A stretch of 64,000 nucleotides of DNA, from positions 128,806 through 192,805 of the forward strand of contig JBGURP010000033.1 in NCBI GenBank assembly GCA_045132055.1, written 5' to 3'. Shown here one piece after another: positions 26,864-36,819 of this stretch (position 1 is the first letter of the stretch; each line of letters starts with the position of its first letter). A program made the translations under genes and the position numbers. Origin of the DNA: Bacteroidales bacterium. GTDB lineage: Bacteria; Bacteroidota; Bacteroidia; Bacteroidales; WCHB1-69. Below the pieces are notes generated by a model that was not told where the DNA came from, searched no databases, and was given only the letters and a program-made list of their open reading frames with translations.

Positions 26864-27523
26864 ATGAATAAAGTAATCACTGTTGAAGAAGCCGTTTCAC
26901 ACATCAAGGACGGAATGACCATCATGTTCGGTGGTTTTTTAGGTTGCGGCACTGCCGTGAAAATCGTGGAAGCCATTGCCAAGAAAGGTGTTAAAGATCT
27001 TACGCTGATTGGCAACGACACTGCTTATCCCAACAAGGCTATCGGTATGCTGATTTCCAACCATCAGGTGAAGAAACTCATCGCTTCCCATATCGGCACG
27101 AACGCCGACACCGTGCAACAATTCAACGACAAGGAACTTGAAATCGAATTCGTTCCGCAAGGCACATTGGCAGAGCGTATCCGTTGCGGTGGCGCTGGCC
27201 TCGGCGGCGTTCTCACCAAAACTGGTCTGGGTACTGTGGTGGAAGAAGGCAAACGCAAAATTGAAGTCAACGGCGAAGAATACCTTTTGGAATTGCCCTT
27301 GCATGCCGATGTGGCCCTGATTGGCGCCAGCATTTGCGACGAGATGGGTAACAGCATCTACAAAGGCACCACCCAGAACTTCAACCCCATGATGGCCACG
27401 GCTGCTGATCTGGTGATTGTGGAGACTAAGGAATTGGTGCCCACAGGCTCCATCCCCATGGAGAATGTACACACCCCGGGTGCGTATGTGGATTACATCG
27501 TGAAAAAATTTCCACAAACATAG
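26864..27523 (+). CDS. 3-oxoacid/acetate CoA-transferase subunit A (AtoD/ScoA-like)
   Basis: MNKVITVEEAVSHIKDGMTIMFGGFLGCGTA... and 219 aa match the A-subunit family. Confidence 0.85.
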   Translation: MNKVITVEEAVSHIKDGMTIMFGGFLGCGTAVKIVEAIAKKGVKDLTLIGNDTAYPNKAIGMLISNHQVKKLIASHIGTNADTVQQFNDKELEIEFVPQGTLAERIRCGGAGLGGVLTKTGLGTVVEEGKRKIEVNGEEYLLELPLHADVALIGASICDEMGNSIYKGTTQNFNPMMATAADLVIVETKELVPTGSIPMENVHTPGAYVDYIVKKFPQT

Positions 27524-27526
27524 ATG

Positions 27527-27559
27527 AAAAAAAAGGAGGCTCGAAAGCCTCCTTTTTTT
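27527..27559. terminator. bidirectional hairpin (A8-ggaggct-cgaa-agcctcc-T7)
   Basis: Perfect 7-bp GC stem extended by A/T runs, between the convergent CoA-transferase and C10 protease genes. Confidence 0.8.
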
Positions 27560-27583
27560 ATTACTCCTTTACTCTTTTACTCC
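27560..27583 (-). repeat. three tandem octamers (sense GGAGTAAA AGAGTAAA GGAGTAAT) spanning the C10 gene stop
   Basis: Read directly. The stop TAA at 27577-27579 lies in the first unit. Confidence 0.7.
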
Positions 27584-30500
27584 TTGCTCTTGATGATCTT
27601 CAGCGTACCCGCAGTCTGCTTCTCACGCATGGCTTTGAGGAAATAGACGCCGGAGGCCAGCCCATGAAGGTCGATTTCGGTTTGTGTGCCTTCCACAGGA
27701 TAAATGCCGACTCTTCGTCCGTATGCGTCAAAAAGTTGCAATTGCGTGAATTCCTCGCTGCCAATGACTGTCACATGGCCAGTGGTCGGGTTGGGGAACG
27801 CCCGTAAAAACTCGGCTGTATGATTCTCAATGCCCACGTTTATGGTGAGGTGCAGGGTTACGGTGCTATCGCAGCCATCGACAGTGGATAGGGTATAGGG
27901 GACAGTCAACAGTGAAGGTGTGCCAACTTCAAATGTAGTGTCAATCTGGCCGCTGACAAAGTGATAGGGCAGGTCGTTGGTGGTGATTGTGACGGCGGTG
28001 TCTATAGCGTAGGTTGGGTTGACGGTCAAGTTCAAGGTTACGATGCTGTCGCAACCGTTGGCAGAGGACAGGGTATAGGGGACAGTTAACAGTGAAGGAG
28101 TGCCGACATCAAATGTGGTATCAATCTGTCCGTTGATGTAATGGTAAGGAAACTCGTTTTCACAAATGGATACTAGCAGATCTGTGTGTTCCGCGGAGTA
28201 AATGGTGAGCACCAGGGTTACAACGGAGTCGGCACCATGCACGTCAGTGAAATTGTCGATATAAGTGCCGGAGTTGGTGATGATGGTGTCACCCGCCAGC
28301 GGTCGATGCCAGAGAAACTCCTCGCAGGCAGAGGTGTCAATCTGTGTGTTGGTGGCGTGATAGATGGTGAGGTGCAGCGTGTCGGTCTGCGTGCAGCCGT
28401 TGTTATCGGGATGCGTGTGTGTGTAGGTGCCCGATGAGGTGATGGTGGTATCGGCCGCACCTGCGCGGTGCCAGACGAATGCCTCCACTGCCTCGGCCTC
28501 GGCCACAGTGTTCACGGCATGGTTGATGATCAGGTGTAGGGTGTCGGTGCTGGGACAACCGACATTGTTAAGGTATTCGAAAACGTATGTGCCGTTCTCA
28601 AAGTAGGTGCTGTCGTGCCAGGTGTAGCTATCGCACGCGGTGGCTTCAACATGCTCAGTCACCGCATAGTTGACGGTGAGGTGCAGCGTAATGGTGCTGT
28701 CGCAGCCGTTGCCAGCAGTGAGTATCTTGGAATAGACGCCACTCACTGTGTAGGTGCTGTCGTTCCAAGTGTAGCTGTCGCAAGCGGTGGCTTCGACAAG
28801 CTCAGTCACAGCATGATTGATGATGAGGTGCAATGTAATGGTGCTGTCGCAGCCGTTGGCAGCAAGGAATGTATTGGAATAGATGCCACTCTCTGTGTAG
28901 GTGCTGTCGTTCCAAGTGTAGCTGTCGCAAGCGGTGGCTTCGACAAGTTCTGTCACCGAGTGGTTGATGGTAAGATTCAACGTTACGGTACTGTCGCAGC
29001 CGTTGGCAGCAGTGAATATCTTAGAATAAACGCCGCTCTCAGCGTATGTGCTGTCGTTCCAGGTGTAACTGTCGCACGCGGTGGCTTCAACAAGCTCGGT
29101 CACCGATTGTTTGACGGTTAGGTGCAACGTCACGATGCTGTCGCAACCGTTGACAGAGGACAGGGGATAGGGGACAGTTAACAGTGAAGGAGTGCCAATA
29201 TCAAATGTAGTGTCAATTTGTCCGTTGACATAGTGGTATGGCAATTCGTTTTCGCAAATGGATACGTGCAGATCCGTGTATTTCGTGGAATAAATCTTCA
29301 CAGTCAATGTGTCTGCACTGGGACAATTCACGCCATTGTTATAATGGTCAATTAGAACGCTTGTTGAATCCGTTGTGTAAGTCGTGCCCGAAGGCGCATC
29401 CCATGTGTACTGATTACATGAAGAAATTGCGCTTGTGTTGTGGGTACCGTAGTTGATTGTAAGTTTAAGGGTGTCCACCTGCGTGCAACCTTGTGCATCT
29501 GGATGACTATATGTGTATATGCCTGAGGTGGTATAAGTTGAATCATGCCATTCGTAAGATTCACAGGCTATATGCTGGATGGTTACTGGTTGAGGTACAT
29601 TAACGATCAAACTCTTAGTGGCCGTATTTACACAACCGTTGGTGTCGGTACCTTCTACAATGTATGTACCAGCCTCACTTACCTGTATTGGATTGGATGT
29701 GCTGTTGTTGGACCACAGGTAGCTGTTGGCTCCGGAGGCAGTCCACGTGGCAGGTACACCTTTACAAGTGGAATTTTCGCCTGAGATGATGATGTTGGGC
29801 AGCGGATTCACCGTAAAAGATTTCATCTTGCTGTCCGTAACGGTACAAGTGGTGCCATTTACCGTTTGGCTTGCTGTTGCCACCACTTCGTATGTACCTG
29901 CATGCACGGTTTCGGCATTGTGAATTGTATTGTTTTGTTGTGTGGAAGAATAGCCAGTGTTGGAAGTCCAAAGATATGTCACAGAACCCGTGGGCTCGCA
30001 GCTGAGCGCAACATTCAACAGAATGTCACCGCCGACACAAACAGCTGTGTCAGAGATGTTAGCCAATGTCACACTCGGCGTGTTCACTTGCACGGTCACA
30101 GGAACCGTCTTCGAGCAATTTGTGGATGTCTGTGTCACCGTCAGGTAGTAGCTGCCGGCAATCTCACTGCTTGCGTTAGGAATCACAGGATTTTGCTCAT
30201 CTGAGGCGTAGTCGTTTGGCCCCGTCCATGAATAGGAAACTCCGGAGGTGCTTGAGCTTCCGAACAAGGTGATGTTTTGGCCGGCGCAGGGGGTGTTAGT
30301 CGTGGCTTGCGCATTCACAATGTTTCCGATGGCATCCACAGAAACGGTTGTCAGGTTTATACAGCCGTCACTGTTTTTCACTGTCACATTATACGATCCA
30401 TCCGCCAAGTTTTGGAAAGTAGTGCTATCCTGAAAATGTTCGCTATCAATGGAGTACGTAAGGTCAGTGCCAATCGGATTTGTTACTGTAATACTGCCAT

Positions 30501-33500
30501 TATCTGATGTGCAACTTGTGTTGGGCAGGGTTGAACATTCGGGTGCAGGTGGCAAAGGCAATGCTGTTACCGTTGTAGAGGTGGAATTCTGGCAGCCGTA
30601 CCCATCCGTAACGGTCACGCTATAGATGCCTGGCTCGTGGACTGTGATGGCCTGGGTTGTGTCATCATTGCTCCAGCTCCAGGAATACAGGGAATTGTTC
30701 GGGTATGCTGTCAACGTGCCGGAAGTGCCCGAACAGATAGTGTCGTCACCTTCAATCGTTACAGTGGGAAGAGATCTGACGGACGCTACAATCTGTTTTG
30801 TGGTAGTAGCCGTGCAATTGCCCACTGTGGCAGTGGCAGTTACCGTGTATATGGTGGAAAATGCCGGGCTGGCAACCGCTTCAGTGTCTGAAATGGGACT
30901 CAATCCGAAACTCCACTGATAGGTCATGTCTCCGGTGTTGCCTGTGGCAGAAGCGGTCAGTGTAGTGCTGTTACCATGACAGATGACAGTGTTGCCTGAT
31001 ACGGTCACCGTTCCGGTTGCCGGCGCATTTACGGTAACATGCACGGTGGCGGAATCTTCTTTGGTACAGCCATTTTGTGTGACGGCAACCATCACAGAAT
31101 AATCGCCATTATGATCGGGTGTCGCATTGTTGCTGACAACAGGATTGTTCGTTGAAGATTCGAAGTTGTTGGGACCAGACCATGACCAAACAACACTATC
31201 ACTACTGCTGGAATTGGTCAATGAGGATGAAAGACTCAGCGTGTCATGGGCACACAAAGTTTTGTTTTTCTCTAAAGTGATAGTGAATGTGGGTAAGGGT
31301 TTAATGGTAACCTGTATGGTGTAGATGGTGTTCTCAGCAGGAACGGTGTCCCTGTATTCCCGGGATTCGGTAAGTTGGAACCCGCGCCATGTGTGTGTGT
31401 CGCCCTCGCAGAACACTATAGGGTTGTCTGTAATCACGGAGTAGGGTATAACGGTCAGGGTAAGGCAGAACACGCTGTCGCAACCTGTGGTCACCGTTTG
31501 CAGTGAGTCGTATGCCACAGTGCTATTCATGAAAGACCGACCATGCCAAAGGTAGGGGAGCTGTGCTTGCGGGATGGTTGCCGTTTCGGGTATGTAATAA
31601 CTTGAGTTTACCGTCAAATGCAGGGTGACGATGCTGTCACAGCCGTTGGTTGTGGCCAAAGTGTCCACTATTGTCTGGCTCTGTCGGTATGTCTTTCCTC
31701 GCCACACGATGGAATCGCACACGGTACTATCCAATGTTGTGAACTGTGTCGGGTTTATGGTGACTACCACAGTATATATGGTATTATCCGTCTTGACGGT
31801 GTCTCTATACTCCTGGGATTCGGTAAGTAGGTGGCCGCGCCATGTCTGTGCTTCGCCCTCACAGAATACGATGGGGGCATCAGCAATAACCGAGTACGGC
31901 ACAACAGTCAGTGTAAGGCAGAACACGCTATCACAGCCCGTCGCCACCGTTTGCAGTGAGTCGTAGGCGGTGATGTCCGAATAGAATGTGTGCCCATGCC
32001 AGTTGTAGGGCAGGCTGCCTTGGTTAACCGTGACATTCTCCGGGAAGAAGTACTTTGGATTGACGGTCACGACAACGGTGTGGATGGTGTTCTCGGCAAG
32101 GACGGTGTCTTGGTAGTTGCCCGACTGCGAGAGCTGATGTCCGTGCCAGTTTTCTGTTTCGCCCTGGCACAGGACTATTGGGCTGTCCTGGACGATGTTG
32201 AATGGCGTGACTGTGAGTGTGAGGAAAAAGACGCTGTCGCAGCCCGCGGTGGTAAACAGTGAGTCGTAAGCAGTGGTGTCCGTATAGAAAGTATGTCCGT
32301 GCCAGTTGTATGGCAGGCTGCCTTGAGTTACTGTGATATTCTCCGGAAAGAAGTACTTCGGATTGACGGTCACGACAACAGTATAGATAGTGTTGCTGGC
32401 AATAACAGTGTCTCGATAGATACCCGACTGTGAGAGCAGATGTCCTCGCCAGTTCTCCGTTTCGCCCTGGCACAGAACTATGGGGTCGTCCTGAACGATG
32501 TTGAATGGCGTGACCGTGAGATTGAGGTAGAAGATGCTGTCGCAGCCTGCAACGGTTGTGAGCGAGTCGTAGATGGTGGTGTCTGCATAGAAAGAATGGC
32601 CGTGCCAGTTGTAGGGCAGGCTGCTTTGGGTTACCATGACATTTTCCGGAAAGAAATGCTTTTGGTTGATGGTCAGATGCAAGCTTACCGTGCTGTCGCA
32701 ACCGACGGAGTTGCCGCCAACCATGGTGAAGGTAGGGTATGTCGCCGGTGTTACCGTATAGGTGGAATCATGCCACGTGAAACTTTCACACGCATTTACT
32801 AAAGTGTCTCCGTAGGTAGTGGTGCAGTCGGTGATGACATTGATAGTGATATCGTTAGATGTGGCGGAACAACCGTTGTCCCAGTTGGCAGTGACATTAT
32901 AGGTGTATGTTCCTGAATTGGTGACATGGTCATTGTACTGAGTGTTGGTGACAGTTCCGACAATGTTGTCGTTCTGCTCAATCGTATAATTGGTAATAGA
33001 TGATGGGCTGTCTTGAATGGTGATTTTGATGGGAATATTGCGATGGAGATCACTGTAACTGTATGAACTTAATAATGTCCACGACCCATCTTTTTTCACC
33101 AGATCTCCTTTTCCTGCCACACCGGGCTTTGTTCCCACAGGCACGGGGTATGTGTAAGTGGTGCTGAATTGAACACCATACCATAGCTCTTGACGGGCAT
33201 CAATGGTGACAGGATTGTTCAGTGTTACGGTATTCCAACCGGAAGAGAATGAGCTGACTGATTGCTCTCTTATCAGCGTGCCTTCATTCAAAGCATTGTT
33301 AATGAAAGAACCGCCCTGATAGATGACAATTTTCCTATCGCTACTGTTTGCAGCAACGCCAGAAGGAATATAGAAAGATACTTGTGTGACTCTTTTCTGA
33401 TGGTAAGCTACAAGGTCGGAGTCGCAGGCGCGTTGGGCAAGAAGATAATTGCTGGCTCCCAAACCCCAAGGAGAAGAAGTGGTGGAGTCAATGGAAAACC

Positions 33501-35106
33501 GATAGGTATGGATATCTTGTGTGGGTGTATTCCAAGTGAGTTGTACGTCTCCACTATTGTCGGTGGCGTATTGCAGGTTTTGTGGGGCATTGCAGTCCAA
33601 TACATAAGTTCGGCCACTAAGAGCCACGGTTTTGGTCGTGCTGCCTGAAGTCATTGTCAAAGTGCCATGGTCTGTAGCCAGTCCCAGTGAGGAGGGTGTG
33701 TACCTTACATAGATACTCGATGTGGTATTGCTCACATTCAGTGAAGAAGAGAAAGCGGTTCCGTCATTGCTGATTTCAAAATTCGCTGGCGCAGTAATGA
33801 CTATATTGTTCGTCAGGGAGATGCCATGGATGGCTAAACTTTTAGCTTCACTTACGCTACCAGCCGCGCAAAGAAATGATAATTGATTGCTGTTTGTCTT
33901 GATAAGAGGTGTAAGCCCTTGCACATTAATAACGGCACCCTGGTAATCGTTGAAGTTATGAGTTCCAGGAGTAAGAGCGGTGAGTATGAAATATCCGTTG
34001 TAGCTACCACTCCAGCCCCAATTGAAATGAAAATACCCTTGGTCGTCATATCCGTCGCAAACAAAAGCATGACCACCATCAGGTCCGTTTCCATTGTAAA
34101 GCAATGGTCTCCAGTTGTTTAATTCCGATTTCAGTAAATTTATCCAGTTACTTTCAGAATATGTGCTCCTATTCTTGTATTGTGGTGTTGGTGTGCCATA
34201 GGTGGTAGAGTATTTAAAATACTGTTTCAATGCATACGGAACGTCTGAAGAGTAGGCACTGCTTCCATAAGGGGTGTACTCCATATCTACACTTACTCCA
34301 CAATGGTATATGAGCTTGGCCACTTCGGAATAGTTTGTTGAAGTGATAAGATCGGGCATGTTGCTATAGTCGTACTGTGTGGTAAAGTAGGCTTGTAAGG
34401 TCCCGTAATTGAAGTTGGTTAGTTGCCCGTTAACATACATTGAAGAACTGCAATTATAAGCATGGTTCCCCGTTCCTTGTGTGGGGTATTCCCAGTAACG
34501 GATTATCTGTGCCATGGCAGTAGCCACACAGCCTGCATAAGCGTGGCCGCCTGGGCCGGCGGCATCTGAGGGACAAGAAGCGTTATAAGGATTGTCTTGG
34601 TTCCAAATGGTGGACAATAGAGGCCCTACGACAGCCCCTTTTGTGGTTTTGGGCGTGTATTCGTCTCTGATTAGGGATGCCCATTTTGCTGTTGCCTCAT
34701 TGGGCATAGATGAGGATTCATGAAGATATGATTTGATTTGGGCGGAATACCCATCCAAAAAGGCAAGCATGTTGTCAGGGATATTGTCGGCGTTGAAGTT
34801 TCCTTCCGTGGAATATCCCAAAATAGGCTCGATGCGGTTGTCTGCACTCAGAATGACGAAGCCCTGATTCAGGTTGACGATGTAATAGCATGGGACGGAA
34901 CGTTGGCTGCTCTCGTCAAAGGATTGCCCGATATAGGCAATGCGCGCCTGTTGGGCGGACCTAGATAGTTCTACGTTTCTGCCTGCCAAGAAATGCGTGG
35001 CGACGGTTTTGGCCGTCAACGTATCCACAGACTTTGCGATGCCGTTTCCCATCCATAGGATAAGGGAAAGCAGAAGACAACTTGATACGAGTATTATTTT
35101 TTTCAT
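27577..35106 (-). CDS. giant C10 (streptopain-family) cysteine peptidase with repeat modules and a T9SS C-terminal sorting domain
   Basis: Signal peptide. GCVATAMAQIIRYW (Cys) and GGHAFVCDGYD (His). More than 1900 aa of Cys-containing repeat modules. The C-terminus ...FPNPTTGHVTVIG...GVYFLKA...IIKSKE is typical of T9SS cargo. Confidence 0.9.
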   Translation of the reverse strand: MKKIILVSSCLLLSLILWMGNGIAKSVDTLTAKTVATHFLAGRNVELSRSAQQARIAYIGQSFDESSQRSVPCYYIVNLNQGFVILSADNRIEPILGYSTEGNFNADNIPDNMLAFLDGYSAQIKSYLHESSSMPNEATAKWASLIRDEYTPKTTKGAVVGPLLSTIWNQDNPYNASCPSDAAGPGGHAYAGCVATAMAQIIRYWEYPTQGTGNHAYNCSSSMYVNGQLTNFNYGTLQAYFTTQYDYSNMPDLITSTNYSEVAKLIYHCGVSVDMEYTPYGSSAYSSDVPYALKQYFKYSTTYGTPTPQYKNRSTYSESNWINLLKSELNNWRPLLYNGNGPDGGHAFVCDGYDDQGYFHFNWGWSGSYNGYFILTALTPGTHNFNDYQGAVINVQGLTPLIKTNSNQLSFLCAAGSVSEAKSLAIHGISLTNNIVITAPANFEISNDGTAFSSSLNVSNTTSSIYVRYTPSSLGLATDHGTLTMTSGSTTKTVALSGRTYVLDCNAPQNLQYATDNSGDVQLTWNTPTQDIHTYRFSIDSTTSSPWGLGASNYLLAQRACDSDLVAYHQKRVTQVSFYIPSGVAANSSDRKIVIYQGGSFINNALNEGTLIREQSVSSFSSGWNTVTLNNPVTIDARQELWYGVQFSTTYTYPVPVGTKPGVAGKGDLVKKDGSWTLLSSYSYSDLHRNIPIKITIQDSPSSITNYTIEQNDNIVGTVTNTQYNDHVTNSGTYTYNVTANWDNGCSATSNDITINVITDCTTTYGDTLVNACESFTWHDSTYTVTPATYPTFTMVGGNSVGCDSTVSLHLTINQKHFFPENVMVTQSSLPYNWHGHSFYADTTIYDSLTTVAGCDSIFYLNLTVTPFNIVQDDPIVLCQGETENWRGHLLSQSGIYRDTVIASNTIYTVVVTVNPKYFFPENITVTQGSLPYNWHGHTFYTDTTAYDSLFTTAGCDSVFFLTLTVTPFNIVQDSPIVLCQGETENWHGHQLSQSGNYQDTVLAENTIHTVVVTVNPKYFFPENVTVNQGSLPYNWHGHTFYSDITAYDSLQTVATGCDSVFCLTLTVVPYSVIADAPIVFCEGEAQTWRGHLLTESQEYRDTVKTDNTIYTVVVTINPTQFTTLDSTVCDSIVWRGKTYRQSQTIVDTLATTNGCDSIVTLHLTVNSSYYIPETATIPQAQLPYLWHGRSFMNSTVAYDSLQTVTTGCDSVFCLTLTVIPYSVITDNPIVFCEGDTHTWRGFQLTESREYRDTVPAENTIYTIQVTIKPLPTFTITLEKNKTLCAHDTLSLSSSLTNSSSSDSVVWSWSGPNNFESSTNNPVVSNNATPDHNGDYSVMVAVTQNGCTKEDSATVHVTVNAPATGTVTVSGNTVICHGNSTTLTASATGNTGDMTYQWSFGLSPISDTEAVASPAFSTIYTVTATATVGNCTATTTKQIVASVRSLPTVTIEGDDTICSGTSGTLTAYPNNSLYSWSWSNDDTTQAITVHEPGIYSVTVTDGYGCQNSTSTTVTALPLPPAPECSTLPNTSCTSDNGSITVTNPIGTDLTYSIDSEHFQDSTTFQNLADGSYNVTVKNSDGCINLTTVSVDAIGNIVNAQATTNTPCAGQNITLFGSSSTSGVSYSWTGPNDYASDEQNPVIPNASSEIAGSYYLTVTQTSTNCSKTVPVTVQVNTPSVTLANISDTAVCVGGDILLNVALSCEPTGSVTYLWTSNTGYSSTQQNNTIHNAETVHAGTYEVVATASQTVNGTTCTVTDSKMKSFTVNPLPNIIISGENSTCKGVPATWTASGANSYLWSNNSTSNPIQVSEAGTYIVEGTDTNGCVNTATKSLIVNVPQPVTIQHIACESYEWHDSTYTTSGIYTYSHPDAQGCTQVDTLKLTINYGTHNTSAISSCNQYTWDAPSGTTYTTDSTSVLIDHYNNGVNCPSADTLTVKIYSTKYTDLHVSICENELPYHYVNGQIDTTFDIGTPSLLTVPYPLSSVNGCDSIVTLHLTVKQSVTELVEATACDSYTWNDSTYAESGVYSKIFTAANGCDSTVTLNLTINHSVTELVEATACDSYTWNDSTYTESGIYSNTFLAANGCDSTITLHLIINHAVTELVEATACDSYTWNDSTYTVSGVYSKILTAGNGCDSTITLHLTVNYAVTEHVEATACDSYTWHDSTYFENGTYVFEYLNNVGCPSTDTLHLIINHAVNTVAEAEAVEAFVWHRAGAADTTITSSGTYTHTHPDNNGCTQTDTLHLTIYHATNTQIDTSACEEFLWHRPLAGDTIITNSGTYIDNFTDVHGADSVVTLVLTIYSAEHTDLLVSICENEFPYHYINGQIDTTFDVGTPSLLTVPYTLSSANGCDSIVTLNLTVNPTYAIDTAVTITTNDLPYHFVSGQIDTTFEVGTPSLLTVPYTLSTVDGCDSTVTLHLTINVGIENHTAEFLRAFPNPTTGHVTVIGSEEFTQLQLFDAYGRRVGIYPVEGTQTEIDLHGLASGVYFLKAMREKQTAGTLKIIKSKE
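28534..29121 (-). repeat. 4 x 147-bp (49-aa) tandem coding repeats, with diverged units on both sides
   Basis: Unit boundaries at 28534, 28681, 28828, 28975 and 29122. Units encode CDSxxTLxLTxNxxVTELVEATACDSYTWNDSTYxxSGxYS. Confidence 0.85.
31310..32680 (-). repeat. ~4.5 x 303-bp (101-aa) tandem coding repeats
   Basis: Units begin near 32680, 32375 and 32070. They encode VTVNPKYFFPENxTVTQGSLPYNWHGHTFY...CQGETENWxGH...TVV. The last ~1.5 units have diverged. Coordinates are approximate. Confidence 0.65.
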
Positions 35107-36758
35107 GCGATGCTATTATTTCGTTTGTTTTTGATGGAAAGCAAACCACAGATGATGGCGTATAACAATCCTGCGGCGGTCAAAATTATGGCGATGACCG
35201 CCAGATAATCGCCATGCTTGGCGTAGAAGGTTATGTCGTTTTGTGCATAGACGGTGGCGTGGAGTGCCGTGCGTTCTTCATACTTGGTCTTTTGCTCCAC
35301 ATCGCCCACCGGGTTGATGACTCCGGAGAATCCTCCGTTGGCGGCGCGCAACACATAGCGGTGCGTCTCCACAGCCCGCAAGCGTGCCATCTCGAAGTGC
35401 TGCTTGTGCCCCGGTGTATCCTTCCACCAGGAATCGTTGGTGATGACAGTCAGCACGTTGGCCCCGTTGCGAACGAATCTGCCGACCAGCTCGCCATAGA
35501 TGGATTCGTAGCAAATGGCCGTGCCCACTTTCAACGGTTTGCCGTCTGCATCAAAGGCGAAAGTTCGCTGACAGTCGTCCTTGGCCAAGGAACTGCTTAC
35601 CCCACCCAAATTGACCAGCATGTCGCCGAGGAAACCAAATATCTTCGGGAAAGGCAATGCCTCCACGCCAGGGACGAGCCGACTTTTGTGGTAATGCCCG
35701 CTGTATTTGTTTTTGTTGTAGAAAACCGCCGTGTTGTAAAAGTCCAGATAATGAATGGCATCCATCTGCTTTGCTGTGATGGTGGCTTTATGGTCATAAA
35801 CATCGTACGTGGACAGCCCCAGGATGAAATTCAGGTTGGGGCGCAGGGCGATGGCAGAATCCAGAAGTGGGAAACAAGCATAGCTGGGTGACGTTCTGGG
35901 ATATTCACCTGTTTGTATTGCTTTTAGATAGATACTGTGCGCGATGCTGGATTCGGGGCACACCACCAGATTGGTCTTATCGTTGAGGTGCAGTCCCGCA
36001 ACATCCAGAATGCGCTGTGCCTCTTCCGTATTGGTCAAACTGTACTCCTCTTCCCACACTTCGGTGTTGGGTTGTACCACCACGGCCTCGATCGGCGTGC
36101 TTTTGTCAATGTTTTTCAAAGTGGACTTGTAAAGACAAGCCGACCAGATTATCGGGATGATGAGGCAGCCCAGAAAGGCGGCAGCCAAGCCCCATGCACG
36201 GGTCTTGTATATGCGCTGATGTACCAGTATGTGGTACATGAGGAAGTTGAGCACGATGATCCAGAGCGTTCCGCCCAAGGCACCGGTAACAGAGTACCAC
36301 TGCACCCAGCGCGGGCACACCGCGAACACATTGCCGAGGTTGAGCCACGGCCAGGTGAGATCCCAGTTGAGATGCAAGTGTTCAAAGGAAATCCAGAAGG
36401 CTGCGAACAGCACAGGATGTATCCAGCTATGTTGGGTGTATTTGCGGCAGCAATGCCACAAGCCGAACACCATGGACATCAGCAGCGCGTTCAGCACGCT
36501 GGCGGCAATACCGCCTGGTACTGTGGTGTTGCAAATCCAGTATGTCGTAAGGGCATTCCACAACACAAATCCTGGATAAGAGAAGATCAACCCTTTCCAG
36601 AAAGCCACCTTGCTACCTTTCTCCAGCAGATGGTCGCTCATCAGGAACATCGGAATCAGTGCGAAGAAGATTAGGAACGGCAGCCCGTGGGGATACCAGG
36701 AAAACGTCAGCAGCAAACCGCTGACCAGGCTGAACAGGATGAGCTTATACCATTTCAT
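35103..36758 (-). CDS. lnt: apolipoprotein N-acyltransferase
   Basis: Polytopic N-terminus plus a CN-hydrolase domain (VGTAICYESIYGE). ATGA overlap with the C10 gene. Confidence 0.9.
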   Translation of the reverse strand: MKWYKLILFSLVSGLLLTFSWYPHGLPFLIFFALIPMFLMSDHLLEKGSKVAFWKGLIFSYPGFVLWNALTTYWICNTTVPGGIAASVLNALLMSMVFGLWHCCRKYTQHSWIHPVLFAAFWISFEHLHLNWDLTWPWLNLGNVFAVCPRWVQWYSVTGALGGTLWIIVLNFLMYHILVHQRIYKTRAWGLAAAFLGCLIIPIIWSACLYKSTLKNIDKSTPIEAVVVQPNTEVWEEEYSLTNTEEAQRILDVAGLHLNDKTNLVVCPESSIAHSIYLKAIQTGEYPRTSPSYACFPLLDSAIALRPNLNFILGLSTYDVYDHKATITAKQMDAIHYLDFYNTAVFYNKNKYSGHYHKSRLVPGVEALPFPKIFGFLGDMLVNLGGVSSSLAKDDCQRTFAFDADGKPLKVGTAICYESIYGELVGRFVRNGANVLTVITNDSWWKDTPGHKQHFEMARLRAVETHRYVLRAANGGFSGVINPVGDVEQKTKYEERTALHATVYAQNDITFYAKHGDYLAVIAIILTAAGLLYAIICGLLSIKNKRNNSIA

Positions 36759-36785
36759 AGTGAATAGTAATCAGTGAACAGGGTT

Positions 36786-36819
36786 CAGAATTCTAATTTT
36801 CAATTCTCAATTCTGAATT
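36786..36819 (-). repeat. tandem ~7-mers (sense AATTCAG AATTGAG AATTGAA AATTAG AATTCTG) spanning the dsbD stop
   Basis: Read directly. The array encodes the last residues NSELRIEN and the TAG stop (36793-36795). Confidence 0.65.
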
